A stretch of 32,000 nt of DNA from Candidatus Scalindua sp. (lineage in GTDB: Bacteria > Planctomycetota > Brocadiia > Brocadiales > Scalinduaceae): the NCBI GenBank assembly GCA_031316235.1, contig JALDRA010000001.1, positions 2,490,001 through 2,522,000 on the forward strand. Direction: 5' to 3'. The position numbers were made by a program, and so were the translations under genes. Below are positions 8,700 through 17,394 of the stretch, piece by piece. The notes beneath the pieces were generated by a model that saw nothing but the letters and a program-made list of their open reading frames with translations, ran no database searches and was not told the origin of the DNA. How positions within the stretch are numbered: position 1 is the stretch's first letter; every line of letters starts with the position of its first letter.

Positions 8700-8867
8700 A
8701 AATAAATCATTGGGTTCCCAAGTCAACATTGTGCTGGTTGGATATTCTTTGATTAAGGATTCTACAAGTTGCTTTGCGTGGTCTTTCTTCCAGACATATT
8801 CTCTCTGGAAAGCAGGTACAAAAAGCTGTATTTCATCAATATTTTCAAGGATGCTGAGAATTTTCAT
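8700..8867 (-). pseudogene. Truncated N-terminal fragment of a DUF262 (GmrSD/type IV restriction-like) protein
   Basis: MKILSILENIDEIQLFVPAFQREYVWKKDHAKQLVESLIKEYPTSTMLTW matches the DUF262 N-terminal (I)PxFQRxYVW...L(I/V)xS...(Y)P motif. Only about 50 aa are plausible. The rest of the 90-aa ORF runs antisense into the 3' end of the TPR gene (8595-8667). Full-length members are several hundred aa. Confidence 0.6.
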
Positions 8868-9011
8868 GGTGTATTTTCTTAGTTATTAGATTTTGAAAGC
8901 AGGGTATAATACTTTTCAAGATAAGTTAAGATGCTTTTTAGTGCCACATTTATTACTATAAGTGTGATAATGTATCTTACGGGAAATAATCTAAATTATT
9001 AAGAACGACAT

Positions 9012-9233
9012 TTAACTGGTTAAGTCATTTTCTAATTCATTAAGCAGTGTACGTGCCTGCTTAATCATTTCAAGGGCTGTTTCTTGTGAGTAACAAAATC
9101 TGTCGCGGGGGCCTTCATATAAAACGAGGCAAATACTACCTTTCAAGATTGGTTGCTTTGTGAATTTGCAGGTACGGAGTGCTTTGGCGATTTGAATCTC
9201 AGAGCGTTTGATCATCTGTTTCATTTTAGGCAT
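9012..9233 (-). CDS. Small hypothetical protein (73 aa), third gene of the nuclease-helicase cassette
   Basis: Its ATG (9233-9231) overlaps the helicase stop (9228-9226) in an 8-nt ATGCCTAA overlap, implying translational coupling. K/E-rich, no motif recognised. Confidence 0.55.
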   Translation of the reverse strand: MPKMKQMIKRSEIQIAKALRTCKFTKQPILKGSICLVLYEGPRDRFCYSQETALEMIKQARTLLNELENDLTS

Positions 9234-11061
9234 TTTTCATTTTTCCTCTTACAAGAGCCGATAGTTTGTCAACAATATCAGGAGAAGCGCTTAATGCACG
9301 TTGAAGCTGCTCTATACTTGCAGATGGCCGCCCTCCAGATTCCACACCCATGATTTTGTTTTGTTCTGCGCTAGCAAGCCTTATAAGGATTTCCGAATTG
9401 TGGTTACCGGCAAAGCAACTTAAGAGGTCCCTACCCATATGTTGTATACCGAGGCGATTAATAACCGTATCTGCGATTGAACGTGCTTCTTGCTGTAACC
9501 TTCCTTTCATAGCCTCTCTCCGCTCTTGAGGTTGGATAACCGGGTTAAATGCAGCTATCTGACCATCATTATGAGCGGCAACCAAGCGTCTACGCACAAT
9601 ATCTTCTGTAAGTCCAAATTCGCTAGGGTCGAATCCCTTTTCTCTGATTGTGTTGAACAAGTCACTAACCATTACATCATCAATTTTCTTTAGATAACCT
9701 TTGCGCTGATAGTTCTCCACAACCTCATTTAAGACGCGCATAAAAGGTCTGAGAGTAAGTCTTGGCGAGCTCGATTCATCACCCTCAATTTCAAGCTCAC
9801 CTTCCAGATATTCACGGAAGAACTCTTGATCATCCTTATCAAAGTCGGTGAAATCGCTCCACCAGCGGTCGTCATTCAAACCGATATGGGATACAAGATA
9901 TACATGGTTGGCAGGAGAATACGGCGTGTCTGGCTGAGCAAGCCGTAAAATTCGGCCAACGAATTGAATGTAAGGTGAAAGACTACGGTAAGGCCGGAAA
10001 ACTGCGGCCACGGACAACGTTGGCAGATCATAGCCTTCACCTAGGATGTTAACCTGCACGACTACGTCAATGACTCCGCTGCGCAGGCTCGCTTCTATAC
10101 GTTCTCGTTCTTCTGAAGAAAGCTGGCTATGAAGCACCTCAACGCGTAATCCATGCTCATTGTAGAGCGCAGCTACTTGTGTGGCATGTCGGATAGAACA
10201 GGCAACAGCAATTATTTGACGGGGTGTACCGAGGCTACGAACATGGTGCAGTTGTTGTACTGAGGCGTTTACGACACTGCGGTTGCACTCTTCTGACATA
10301 GCGACACCCCTGCTAAACCAGTCATTTTCACGCATCTTCATGATATCTTCGATGTTCAACGTTTTGGTTTCACCCTTAGCGGTAAAAGTGATTTCAGTAG
10401 GTTGAACAAAAAGAGCATCTATCTGAGATATGAAGCCCATAATCATAGACCGGGCATATCCAAATCTGTAAACGCGCTCACCGGATACCACCTTGCCGTC
10501 TGATCGCATAGGAGTAGCGGTGAAGGAAATAACTTTTGCTTGGTTGAAATACTCAAACAGGCGGGTCCAAGATTCAGCGACATTGTGGTGGCCCTCGTCG
10601 ACTAAAATCATATAGAAATAGTCAGTAGGAAGAGCTTCGTACCATTTATTGCGAGTTCCTGAAAACTGATGAATATTCGCAACGACAATATGTGCAGCGT
10701 CACAGTCATGAATATTGGCTCCCGTCTTAAGTTCCGAGAGATAAGGACCATACTTGGGGACAAAAACACCTCTTTTTGTGTAAAAGCAATTTGGATCACT
10801 AATATTCAACTCGCGACGTATGTTTTCACGTATCGTTAGGTTTGGGGCTATAATAAGAACGCGGCCTTTAGAAATACCAAACGGAGTTAGACCCATCAGG
10901 CCGGTTTTTCCGCAACCGACAGGAAGCTGCACGTAGCATGGTTCATCGCTACTTTGGAAGTGTTCTCGAATAGCAAAGTAGCCATCAATCTGTGGTTCAC
11001 GAAGTGAAGGGTTGTTCCAGATACCAACTTCTGTTTCGAAGAAAAATTGTTCTATATTCAT
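9226..11061 (-). CDS. SF2 helicase, ResIII/COG1061-like (DExH), with an uncharacterised ~200-aa C-terminal region
   Basis: Motif I LPVGCGKTG, motif II LVDEGHH, motif III FTATP, motif V VNILGEGYDLP, motif VI QFVGRILR. The start is placed at ATG 11061 (MNIEQFFF...), 1 nt after the stop of the upstream gene (TAA 11065-11063). The track's 21-codon extension to 11124 overlaps that gene and is hydrophobic nonsense. Confidence 0.85.
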   Translation of the reverse strand: MNIEQFFFETEVGIWNNPSLREPQIDGYFAIREHFQSSDEPCYVQLPVGCGKTGLMGLTPFGISKGRVLIIAPNLTIRENIRRELNISDPNCFYTKRGVFVPKYGPYLSELKTGANIHDCDAAHIVVANIHQFSGTRNKWYEALPTDYFYMILVDEGHHNVAESWTRLFEYFNQAKVISFTATPMRSDGKVVSGERVYRFGYARSMIMGFISQIDALFVQPTEITFTAKGETKTLNIEDIMKMRENDWFSRGVAMSEECNRSVVNASVQQLHHVRSLGTPRQIIAVACSIRHATQVAALYNEHGLRVEVLHSQLSSEERERIEASLRSGVIDVVVQVNILGEGYDLPTLSVAAVFRPYRSLSPYIQFVGRILRLAQPDTPYSPANHVYLVSHIGLNDDRWWSDFTDFDKDDQEFFREYLEGELEIEGDESSSPRLTLRPFMRVLNEVVENYQRKGYLKKIDDVMVSDLFNTIREKGFDPSEFGLTEDIVRRRLVAAHNDGQIAAFNPVIQPQERREAMKGRLQQEARSIADTVINRLGIQHMGRDLLSCFAGNHNSEILIRLASAEQNKIMGVESGGRPSASIEQLQRALSASPDIVDKLSALVRGKMKNA

Positions 11062-11062
11062 G

Positions 11063-11662
11063 TTATTCACTATTACCCTCGTTGTTATATAAACCGCGAT
11101 GAACCAAATCACGGAGGCGATCATAAGACATTACGGTTGTACCGTCTGTAGAGAGAGCTCGATATGTCTTGGCCTGTTTCGGGTCAAGAGAACCGCGCCG
11201 ACCAATAATGACATATGATGGACAAATTGCTTCGATATCTTTCAGTCCAAGCTGATCACGCGCGTAAGCAACATTATCCGTTAGCCACATCCGCCAGTCA
11301 CGAATCTGTTTAAGCGCTTCTGCGAGTTTCTTCGCGGGCAACCCTGACTTTGTTAAAACCCTTTCATTTGGACTCTCCAATTCGACCATTGTCCAGCGGA
11401 ATCCCGAAGAAGTTCGAGAAGCTAAAAGAAAGTCTGGTACAAACTCAGCTCCAAATCTGGGTCTATCAAGACACCAGTATGTACTCCCAGGTGGGGCTAG
11501 CGGTGCCAGAAGATTTGCATACGATGCAAAGAGTGTTTGCAGGGGACGCTCATCAAACGCATCACTCAAAACACGGTCGAACACGTCAACTATTGCAGAC
11601 GCTGTTTCACGGCCAACAGACGCATGACTTTCATTCCATTTTTCAAGAACTGGTTCGTTCAT
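11063..11662 (-). CDS. Minimal PD-(D/E)xK-type nuclease-fold protein resembling the Shedu SduA nuclease domain (DUF4263-like), lacking a large N-terminal domain
   Basis: 199 aa with ERPLQTLFASYANLL, RFGAEFVPDFLL, RWTMVELESPNERVL, EALKQIRDWRMWL, SYVIIGRRGSLD and TVMSYDRLRDL. The order and spacing match my recollection of the DUF4263 profile. The usual E-x-K reads E-L-E-S here. Confidence 0.6.
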   Translation of the reverse strand: MNEPVLEKWNESHASVGRETASAIVDVFDRVLSDAFDERPLQTLFASYANLLAPLAPPGSTYWCLDRPRFGAEFVPDFLLASRTSSGFRWTMVELESPNERVLTKSGLPAKKLAEALKQIRDWRMWLTDNVAYARDQLGLKDIEAICPSYVIIGRRGSLDPKQAKTYRALSTDGTTVMSYDRLRDLVHRGLYNNEGNSE

Positions 11663-11676
11663 CCATTTTATTTTCC

Positions 11677-11705
11677 ATTATGAAAGGTAGACTGTTTGTT
11701 GACAT
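11677..11705 (-). promoter_or_regulatory. Sigma70-like promoter candidate for the nuclease-helicase cassette
   Basis: On the minus strand: ATGTCA (plus 11705-11700), 17-nt spacer, CATAAT (plus 11682-11677). The -10 element ends about 15 nt upstream of ATG 11662. Confidence 0.3.
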
Positions 11706-11808
11706 ATCCATTTTCCACAATGGTTATTATCCGATTACATCCCCTTATTTGGGAAAAGTATATTACTGTATATTACGGGCTTATCTAGAAAAAACTGTAG
11801 TTCATCTA

Positions 11809-13302
11809 TCAGTTGTTTGCCTTATTTAATGTCCCTAAAATTTCCCGGAAATTATTTAGTCCGGCTTCTAGGTTCTCAATTATCTCTTCCGCCAGTTCAT
11901 CTGGTTCAGGCAGATTATCAAGGTCGGTCAGGCTTTTGTCTTTGAGCCAGAAAAGATCAAGGCTGGTTTTGTCACGAGTGGTTAATTCTCCGTATGTGAA
12001 TTTACGCCAGCGGCCTTCGGGGTTGCTCTCCTCGTTCCATGTATCTTTACGATCATGACGGTTTTCAGGATTGTAACACTTTACGAAGTCTTGCAAATCG
12101 TCATACCGCATAGGTTTCTTTTTCAGGGTATGATGAATGTTTGTGCGATAATCGTAATACCAGACTTCTTTTGTCCAAGGGTCGGGACTGGCCTCGCGGT
12201 TATCAAAGAAGATCACGTTCGCTTTCACACCTTGGGCATAAAAAACACCTGTGGGAAGTCGTAAGATCGTGTGCAGTTCTGTGTTTTGTAGCAGCTTACG
12301 GCGGATGGTTTCACCTGCGCCGCCCTCAAACAGTACATTGTCCGGTACAACGACAGCCGCTCTACCAGATATTTTCATCATAGTACGGATATGCTGAACA
12401 AAGTTAAGCTGTTTGTTTGATGTGGTTGCCCAAAAATCCTGACGGTTGTAGGTTAAATCTTCCTTGTCTTGCTCGCCTTCTTCGTTGGTAAAACTCATAG
12501 AACTTTTCTTCCCGAAAGGGGGGTTAGCTAATACATAATCAAAGCGATCTCCGCTATCAGCTACAAGCGCATCATTGGGGGAGATCATGCTTTCCCCGTC
12601 AATCTCACCGATATTGTGCAAAAACATATTCATCAGACACAGGCGACGGGTATTGGCCACAATCTCATTTCCGGTAAAGGTTTCGTGTTTCAGGAAAGCT
12701 TTCTGGTCTTTATCTAGAGAATGGTTATCCGGGTTCGTGACGAAATCATAAGCGGTCAGGAAAAAGCCTCCTGTGCCACAGGCCGGGTCCGCAATAGTTT
12801 TGCCTGGTTCGGGGCGCATACACTCCACCATGGCTTTAATAAGTGCTCTTGGGGTAAAATATTGGCCTGCACCTGACTTGGTGTCCTCGGCATTCTTTTC
12901 TAGTAGTCCTTCATAAATATCGCCTTTGGTATCGGCTCCCATCGTTACCCACTCTGTGCCATTAATCATATCTATGAGACGAAACAGCTTGGCAGGGTCT
13001 TGAATTTTGTTTTGTGACTTGGTGAATATCTGGCCTAGCATTCCTTTCTTTGTTGCCAATTCGCGTAACAAATTCACGTAATGAACTTCCAATTCTGCAC
13101 CCTTTTTGGATTTAAGGCTCTGCCAATTATATTCGCCAGGAATGCCAACATCGCGGCTATAAGGCGGCCTGGAATACTCATCTGCCATTTTCAGGAAGAT
13201 GAGATAGGTGAGTTGTTCCAGATAGTCACCATAGCCCACACCATCATCCCGCAGGGTTGTACAAAAACTCCATACTTTAGATACTATTGCTGCTGTGTTC
13301 AT
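11809..13302 (-). CDS. hsdM: Type I restriction-modification system, N6-adenine DNA methyltransferase subunit
   Basis: 497 aa. HsdM_N-like N-terminus, AdoMet motif I ADPACGTGGFF, catalytic motif IV NPPFG. ATGA overlap with the hsdS stop. Confidence 0.93.
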   Translation of the reverse strand: MNTAAIVSKVWSFCTTLRDDGVGYGDYLEQLTYLIFLKMADEYSRPPYSRDVGIPGEYNWQSLKSKKGAELEVHYVNLLRELATKKGMLGQIFTKSQNKIQDPAKLFRLIDMINGTEWVTMGADTKGDIYEGLLEKNAEDTKSGAGQYFTPRALIKAMVECMRPEPGKTIADPACGTGGFFLTAYDFVTNPDNHSLDKDQKAFLKHETFTGNEIVANTRRLCLMNMFLHNIGEIDGESMISPNDALVADSGDRFDYVLANPPFGKKSSMSFTNEEGEQDKEDLTYNRQDFWATTSNKQLNFVQHIRTMMKISGRAAVVVPDNVLFEGGAGETIRRKLLQNTELHTILRLPTGVFYAQGVKANVIFFDNREASPDPWTKEVWYYDYRTNIHHTLKKKPMRYDDLQDFVKCYNPENRHDRKDTWNEESNPEGRWRKFTYGELTTRDKTSLDLFWLKDKSLTDLDNLPEPDELAEEIIENLEAGLNNFREILGTLNKANN

Positions 13303-14609
13303 GCGGCTCTGCCTTTCTTAGATTTTTTATTATCTTCTTTTTCAGCCTTAATGCGTTCAAGCAGAACAGAAGCAGGCTCGTCATTCGGATCTTGTTTAAC
13401 CAGCTTTCCTGAGAAGGCTTGTTTCAGGATGGACTGACGAAGAGATTCTGATTTTTGAAGCTGAAAATCTACATCAACTTCAAGTCTATCTATATAAGAA
13501 AACTGATTATTAAGGTATGCAACTGTTTCTTCTTGAGTTTGAGGGTTGGGTATCCATAGCCGCAGCGGCATTAAATCCTTTTGATAGATTGCACATACAT
13601 TGGTTGTTGCCTTCTTCTGGCCACGCAAAGCAGCTCTCATAAGAGGGTTTATTAATTGATAACAAACATAATAAGAGCTTACACCGTCAACGAATCTCAT
13701 CCTCATAATATTATTATTGAAGAGTAACGGTTCAGAAACTTGTTTTACAACACCAGTTTTTCCAACAAGTTCATAGCTATTCCTCGTATTAAGTAGAACA
13801 TCTCCATTTCTAAGACGATATTTTTGGATTTCATCTTCTGTAGCTGCAACATAGACAACATCCTTGGAATCAACGCTGCCATTCATATCAATATTATTCA
13901 TTTTGATATACTTCACACCCAAATCATCGGAGTTTTGTTCTTTTGCAGAACGAACAATGCCTATCAAAGATTCTTTAATAATATCGGCTAATGCCACTTG
14001 CTCATTTTGCGTGGAACAACCTGTAAGTTTACCTTCGAAGGCGTGTTTGAGAACGGCTTGACGGTAGACCTTGAGTTGCTCACGGGCGGTTTTGAGGCTT
14101 TCTATCCCCTTGTCCAGTTCAGAAAACAGCTCTTCAATCTTGCTCACAATCCGCTTTTGTTCGTTGAGTGGGGCAATAGGAAATTCGTAATTCCATAGTA
14201 AGTCGGGATCAACGTGTGGTGTGCCGCTCCCCTTAGCTCTTGTATTTATTTGCTGGTATTTTGATTGTAAAAAGTAATATGCGTAAGAATTTTCAATCTC
14301 AGGAAAATTAATTCTTACCAATGTGCTGCCTAAAGCACCATGCATGCCTTTACCAACTAAACCGGATCGTGATCCATCCCAGACCATAAGAAAATCAGAT
14401 TCATAACAAAGGCGGCAGTCCTCACCATCAGTCCAACTTTTAACAACTCCTTGTTCAAAAGCTTCAATATCGACATATGGGTATTTAAACTGACTATCTG
14501 ATTGCTCTTTTTGTCTTTTTGGTTTTTTCCCTTTCTCGTTTTCTACAAATTTTCCGAGTGGTACGGTTTTCCATGATTTTGGGTATATATTGCTTGCTCT
14601 TTCCATCAC
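13299..14609 (-). CDS. hsdS: Type I restriction-modification system, specificity subunit
   Basis: 436 aa. Two variable target-recognition halves are separated by the conserved helical spacer PLNEQKRIVSKIEELFSELDKGIESLKTAREQLKVYRQAVLKHAF, with a second conserved helix near the C-terminus (SESLRQSILKQAFSGKLV). The GTG at 14609 or ATG at 14606 overlaps the hsdR TGA. Confidence 0.9.
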   Translation of the reverse strand: MMERASNIYPKSWKTVPLGKFVENEKGKKPKRQKEQSDSQFKYPYVDIEAFEQGVVKSWTDGEDCRLCYESDFLMVWDGSRSGLVGKGMHGALGSTLVRINFPEIENSYAYYFLQSKYQQINTRAKGSGTPHVDPDLLWNYEFPIAPLNEQKRIVSKIEELFSELDKGIESLKTAREQLKVYRQAVLKHAFEGKLTGCSTQNEQVALADIIKESLIGIVRSAKEQNSDDLGVKYIKMNNIDMNGSVDSKDVVYVAATEDEIQKYRLRNGDVLLNTRNSYELVGKTGVVKQVSEPLLFNNNIMRMRFVDGVSSYYVCYQLINPLMRAALRGQKKATTNVCAIYQKDLMPLRLWIPNPQTQEETVAYLNNQFSYIDRLEVDVDFQLQKSESLRQSILKQAFSGKLVKQDPNDEPASVLLERIKAEKEDNKKSKKGRAA

Positions 14610-17377
14610 GCAGCCAACGCCTCATTTAATTCGTTAATCAAGCTATCCATATCATCCCCGAACAGCTTATACATTTTGCCCATGCCGCCATGGGTGTCGA
14701 AGGGATTTGATTCCAGATCATCACGTTCAATATGGAATGAGCTGATGATATGATCACGGATCATGTGCAGCCATTCCATCTGTTCCTTGTTGAATTTCTC
14801 ACCGCCACCACTGTGGTGTTTCATGATCCAGTCCTGGAAATTTTTCCGTACTGTCTCACTATGGCGGGACACGGTTTTATCTATGCCGCAGGCTCGGCGT
14901 ATGAGGGAGATCAGGGCGGTTAGCTCACTCACCGGGTTTTCACCTTTATAATCGTCAAGATGGGCGTAGGCACGCCATACGCGCAACGGGGCAAGCCTTG
15001 GTTTATCGTCTCTGATTTTATCCATGAGCTGTTTAATCATGGCATAAGTTATGTTTTGTCGTCTGTGGGGCTCACTATAGAAGATCGTCAGGGCTTCGAT
15101 CTCATCGCGGTTTTCTTGTAAGTACGTTTCAAAGTCCTGTACCATTGTTTTCGCGTTTTCTTCTGCATCACCATCCCATTCGGCAAGGATCACATTATCA
15201 AGATTGTCATGATCTATGATTTGTTCTTTGTCCCGGCGGATTGAATCGAGTAACTCTATCAGCTCGCCGTTAAAGACATTCGCTGCATTTTTGACCAGCT
15301 CGTTTTGTGCCTTCACTCGTGTTTCTTCTTTTGGATCCTGGCCTTCGGAGATTTGCTCAATATCTCTGGCCTTGGTTTCTACATTATCCGGGTCAATGGC
15401 AGAAAGCAGGTCGCCGACAATATCGGACAACTCCATGCCGCCCGCTTTTTCCTTAATTCGTTCAAGGTCTTTGTTATCGAGCTGTTTATTCAGGCGTGAG
15501 AGGCGTCCAGCGAGGGAGCTGACCGTATCCTCATCACTTGCCCCCATCATTACGCCCATGGCCAGGTCTTTAAGGGGCACAGTGGGTTTCGTAATAAGCG
15601 GCTGGCTGGCTGTTTTCAGGGACTTGGTAACACCGACAGCATCCACTATCACATAGTGGGTCTTGGCGCTCTTTGCTGAAGGTGTAACCTTTTTCAAGTC
15701 GTCATAGCCCAGCGTCCGTGTGCCTCGGCCTTTCATCTGCTCAAGGTAATTACGGCTTTTCACATCACGCATAAACATGAGACATTCCAGCGGTTTTACA
15801 TCCGTGCCTGTGGCAACCATATCCACTGTCACGGCAATGCGCGGATTATAATCATTGCGGAATTGCGCTAGAATCGATTTCGGGTTCTCTTTGGTTTTGT
15901 ATGTGATTTTCTTACAAAACTCATTTCCTTCGCCGAATTCTTCCCGCACAGTCTGAATAATATCATCAGCATGGCTATCCGTTTTAGCAAAGATCAGGGT
16001 TTTGGGTAATTCCTTGCGTCCGGGAAATATATCCGGTAGCTTATCTTTGAATGTACGAATGATAGTACGGATTTGATCAGGGTTTACAATATCACGATCC
16101 AGTTGTGTGGCAGTGTAGTTCTCATCTTCGTCTTGACGTTCCCATCGCTTCTTACGGGTGAGTTTTTCCCTGTGCTCTACTTGCTGACCGGCTTTAATTG
16201 TACCACCACCTTTGGTGCGCTCTGTCTCAATTACATAGATTTCATTGCCAACATTCACGCCATCGGCTACGGCCTTTTCGTGATCATATTCACTGACTAT
16301 ATTCTTTTTGAAAAATCCATAAGTGCGGTTATCCGGCGTAGCTGTCAGGCCAACAAGATATGAGTCAAAATATTCCAACACCTGCCTCCAAAGGTTATAA
16401 ATAGAGCGGTGGCACTCATCAATTACGATAAAATCAAAAAACTCAGGTGGTACTTTTTCATTATAGCCGACAGGAACAGGCTCTTTCGGCTTTGTCATTT
16501 GTTCTGCCGGGTTTAACTCTTCCAGTGCTTCATCCAATTCTTCGTCTTTAAGAATGGAATACATGCGTTGTATGGTGCTTATGCACACTTGAGCATCTTT
16601 TGGCACATATGAAGAAGATAATCGCCTGGCAGTGTAAAGCTCTGTAAATTTGCGATTGTCATCGTTAGGAACAAATTTCATGAATTCCTGTTCGGCTTGC
16701 TCGCCGAGGTTCCTTGTGTCTACTAAAAACAGAATGCGCTTGGCATCAGCATGTTTTAAAAGACGATAAATCGAGGTTATGGCCGTAAATGTTTTACCTG
16801 AGCCTGTGGCCATTTGTATTAGAGCGCGAGGCTTATCGTATTTGAAGGATTGTTCCAGATTTTCAATTGCTATAATCTGGCATTTACGTAGCCCTTCATG
16901 GTCGAGGGGCGGCATAACCAGCAAGTGGCTACGCAGGGATTTTTCCTTGCAATACCATTCTTGTAATGTTTCAGGTCTATGGAAGGTGAAGACTTCCCGT
17001 GATCGTGGTTTGGGATCACGCCCATTTGTAAAGCGGGTAATAATGCCGGTGCTTTCATAAACGAAGGGTAACAGCTTACTGTTATTTACCCATTTCAGTT
17101 TTGCCTTGGCATAGTCACCGGATTGAGTTTCGACGGTAGTGATATTTTGCGCTTCCTCTTCTCGCTTGGCCTCGATAACACCCACAGCCTTATTTTCCAC
17201 GAATAAAACATAATCAGCAGGACCAACATCGGTCTGATATTCACGAACCGCAATACCCAGCCCAGCATTAAAATCTATCTTATCTTTGTTCTGAACATGC
17301 CAGCCTGCCTGGGCCAACATAGAATCAATGTTGGCTCTGGCTTTTTGTTCGGGAGTCTGATTAATGTCTGATGTCAT
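14606..17377 (-). CDS. hsdR: Type I restriction-modification system, restriction (helicase-nuclease) subunit, with an EcoEI-R-type C-terminal domain
   Basis: 923 aa. HSDR_N-like N-terminus (ADYVLF...GVIEAK, PD-(D/E)xK). SF2 motifs MATGSGKT, VIDECHRS, GLTATP, QMKGRGTR. C-terminal FNKEQMEWLHMIRDHI...FDTHGGMGKMYKLFG. Confidence 0.93.
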   Translation of the reverse strand: MTSDINQTPEQKARANIDSMLAQAGWHVQNKDKIDFNAGLGIAVREYQTDVGPADYVLFVENKAVGVIEAKREEEAQNITTVETQSGDYAKAKLKWVNNSKLLPFVYESTGIITRFTNGRDPKPRSREVFTFHRPETLQEWYCKEKSLRSHLLVMPPLDHEGLRKCQIIAIENLEQSFKYDKPRALIQMATGSGKTFTAITSIYRLLKHADAKRILFLVDTRNLGEQAEQEFMKFVPNDDNRKFTELYTARRLSSSYVPKDAQVCISTIQRMYSILKDEELDEALEELNPAEQMTKPKEPVPVGYNEKVPPEFFDFIVIDECHRSIYNLWRQVLEYFDSYLVGLTATPDNRTYGFFKKNIVSEYDHEKAVADGVNVGNEIYVIETERTKGGGTIKAGQQVEHREKLTRKKRWERQDEDENYTATQLDRDIVNPDQIRTIIRTFKDKLPDIFPGRKELPKTLIFAKTDSHADDIIQTVREEFGEGNEFCKKITYKTKENPKSILAQFRNDYNPRIAVTVDMVATGTDVKPLECLMFMRDVKSRNYLEQMKGRGTRTLGYDDLKKVTPSAKSAKTHYVIVDAVGVTKSLKTASQPLITKPTVPLKDLAMGVMMGASDEDTVSSLAGRLSRLNKQLDNKDLERIKEKAGGMELSDIVGDLLSAIDPDNVETKARDIEQISEGQDPKEETRVKAQNELVKNAANVFNGELIELLDSIRRDKEQIIDHDNLDNVILAEWDGDAEENAKTMVQDFETYLQENRDEIEALTIFYSEPHRRQNITYAMIKQLMDKIRDDKPRLAPLRVWRAYAHLDDYKGENPVSELTALISLIRRACGIDKTVSRHSETVRKNFQDWIMKHHSGGGEKFNKEQMEWLHMIRDHIISSFHIERDDLESNPFDTHGGMGKMYKLFGDDMDSLINELNEALAA

Positions 17378-17394
17378 ATTATCTTATAAACAAA

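Noticed and set aside
11062-11124. 21-codon N-terminal extension of the helicase ORF (track start 11124)
   Set aside because: It overlaps the 3' end of the DUF4263-like gene and encodes hydrophobic filler. ATG 11061 lies 1 nt after that gene's stop, a classic coupling arrangement.
11350-17060. Antisense or overlapping ORFs inside the cassette and R-M genes (for example 11350-11829+, 11813-12383+, 13081-13437+, 15216-15656+, 16073-16363+, 16779-17060+)
   Set aside because: All are shadow ORFs opposite strongly supported genes. Their compositions are S/L/R-rich and low-complexity, with no motifs.
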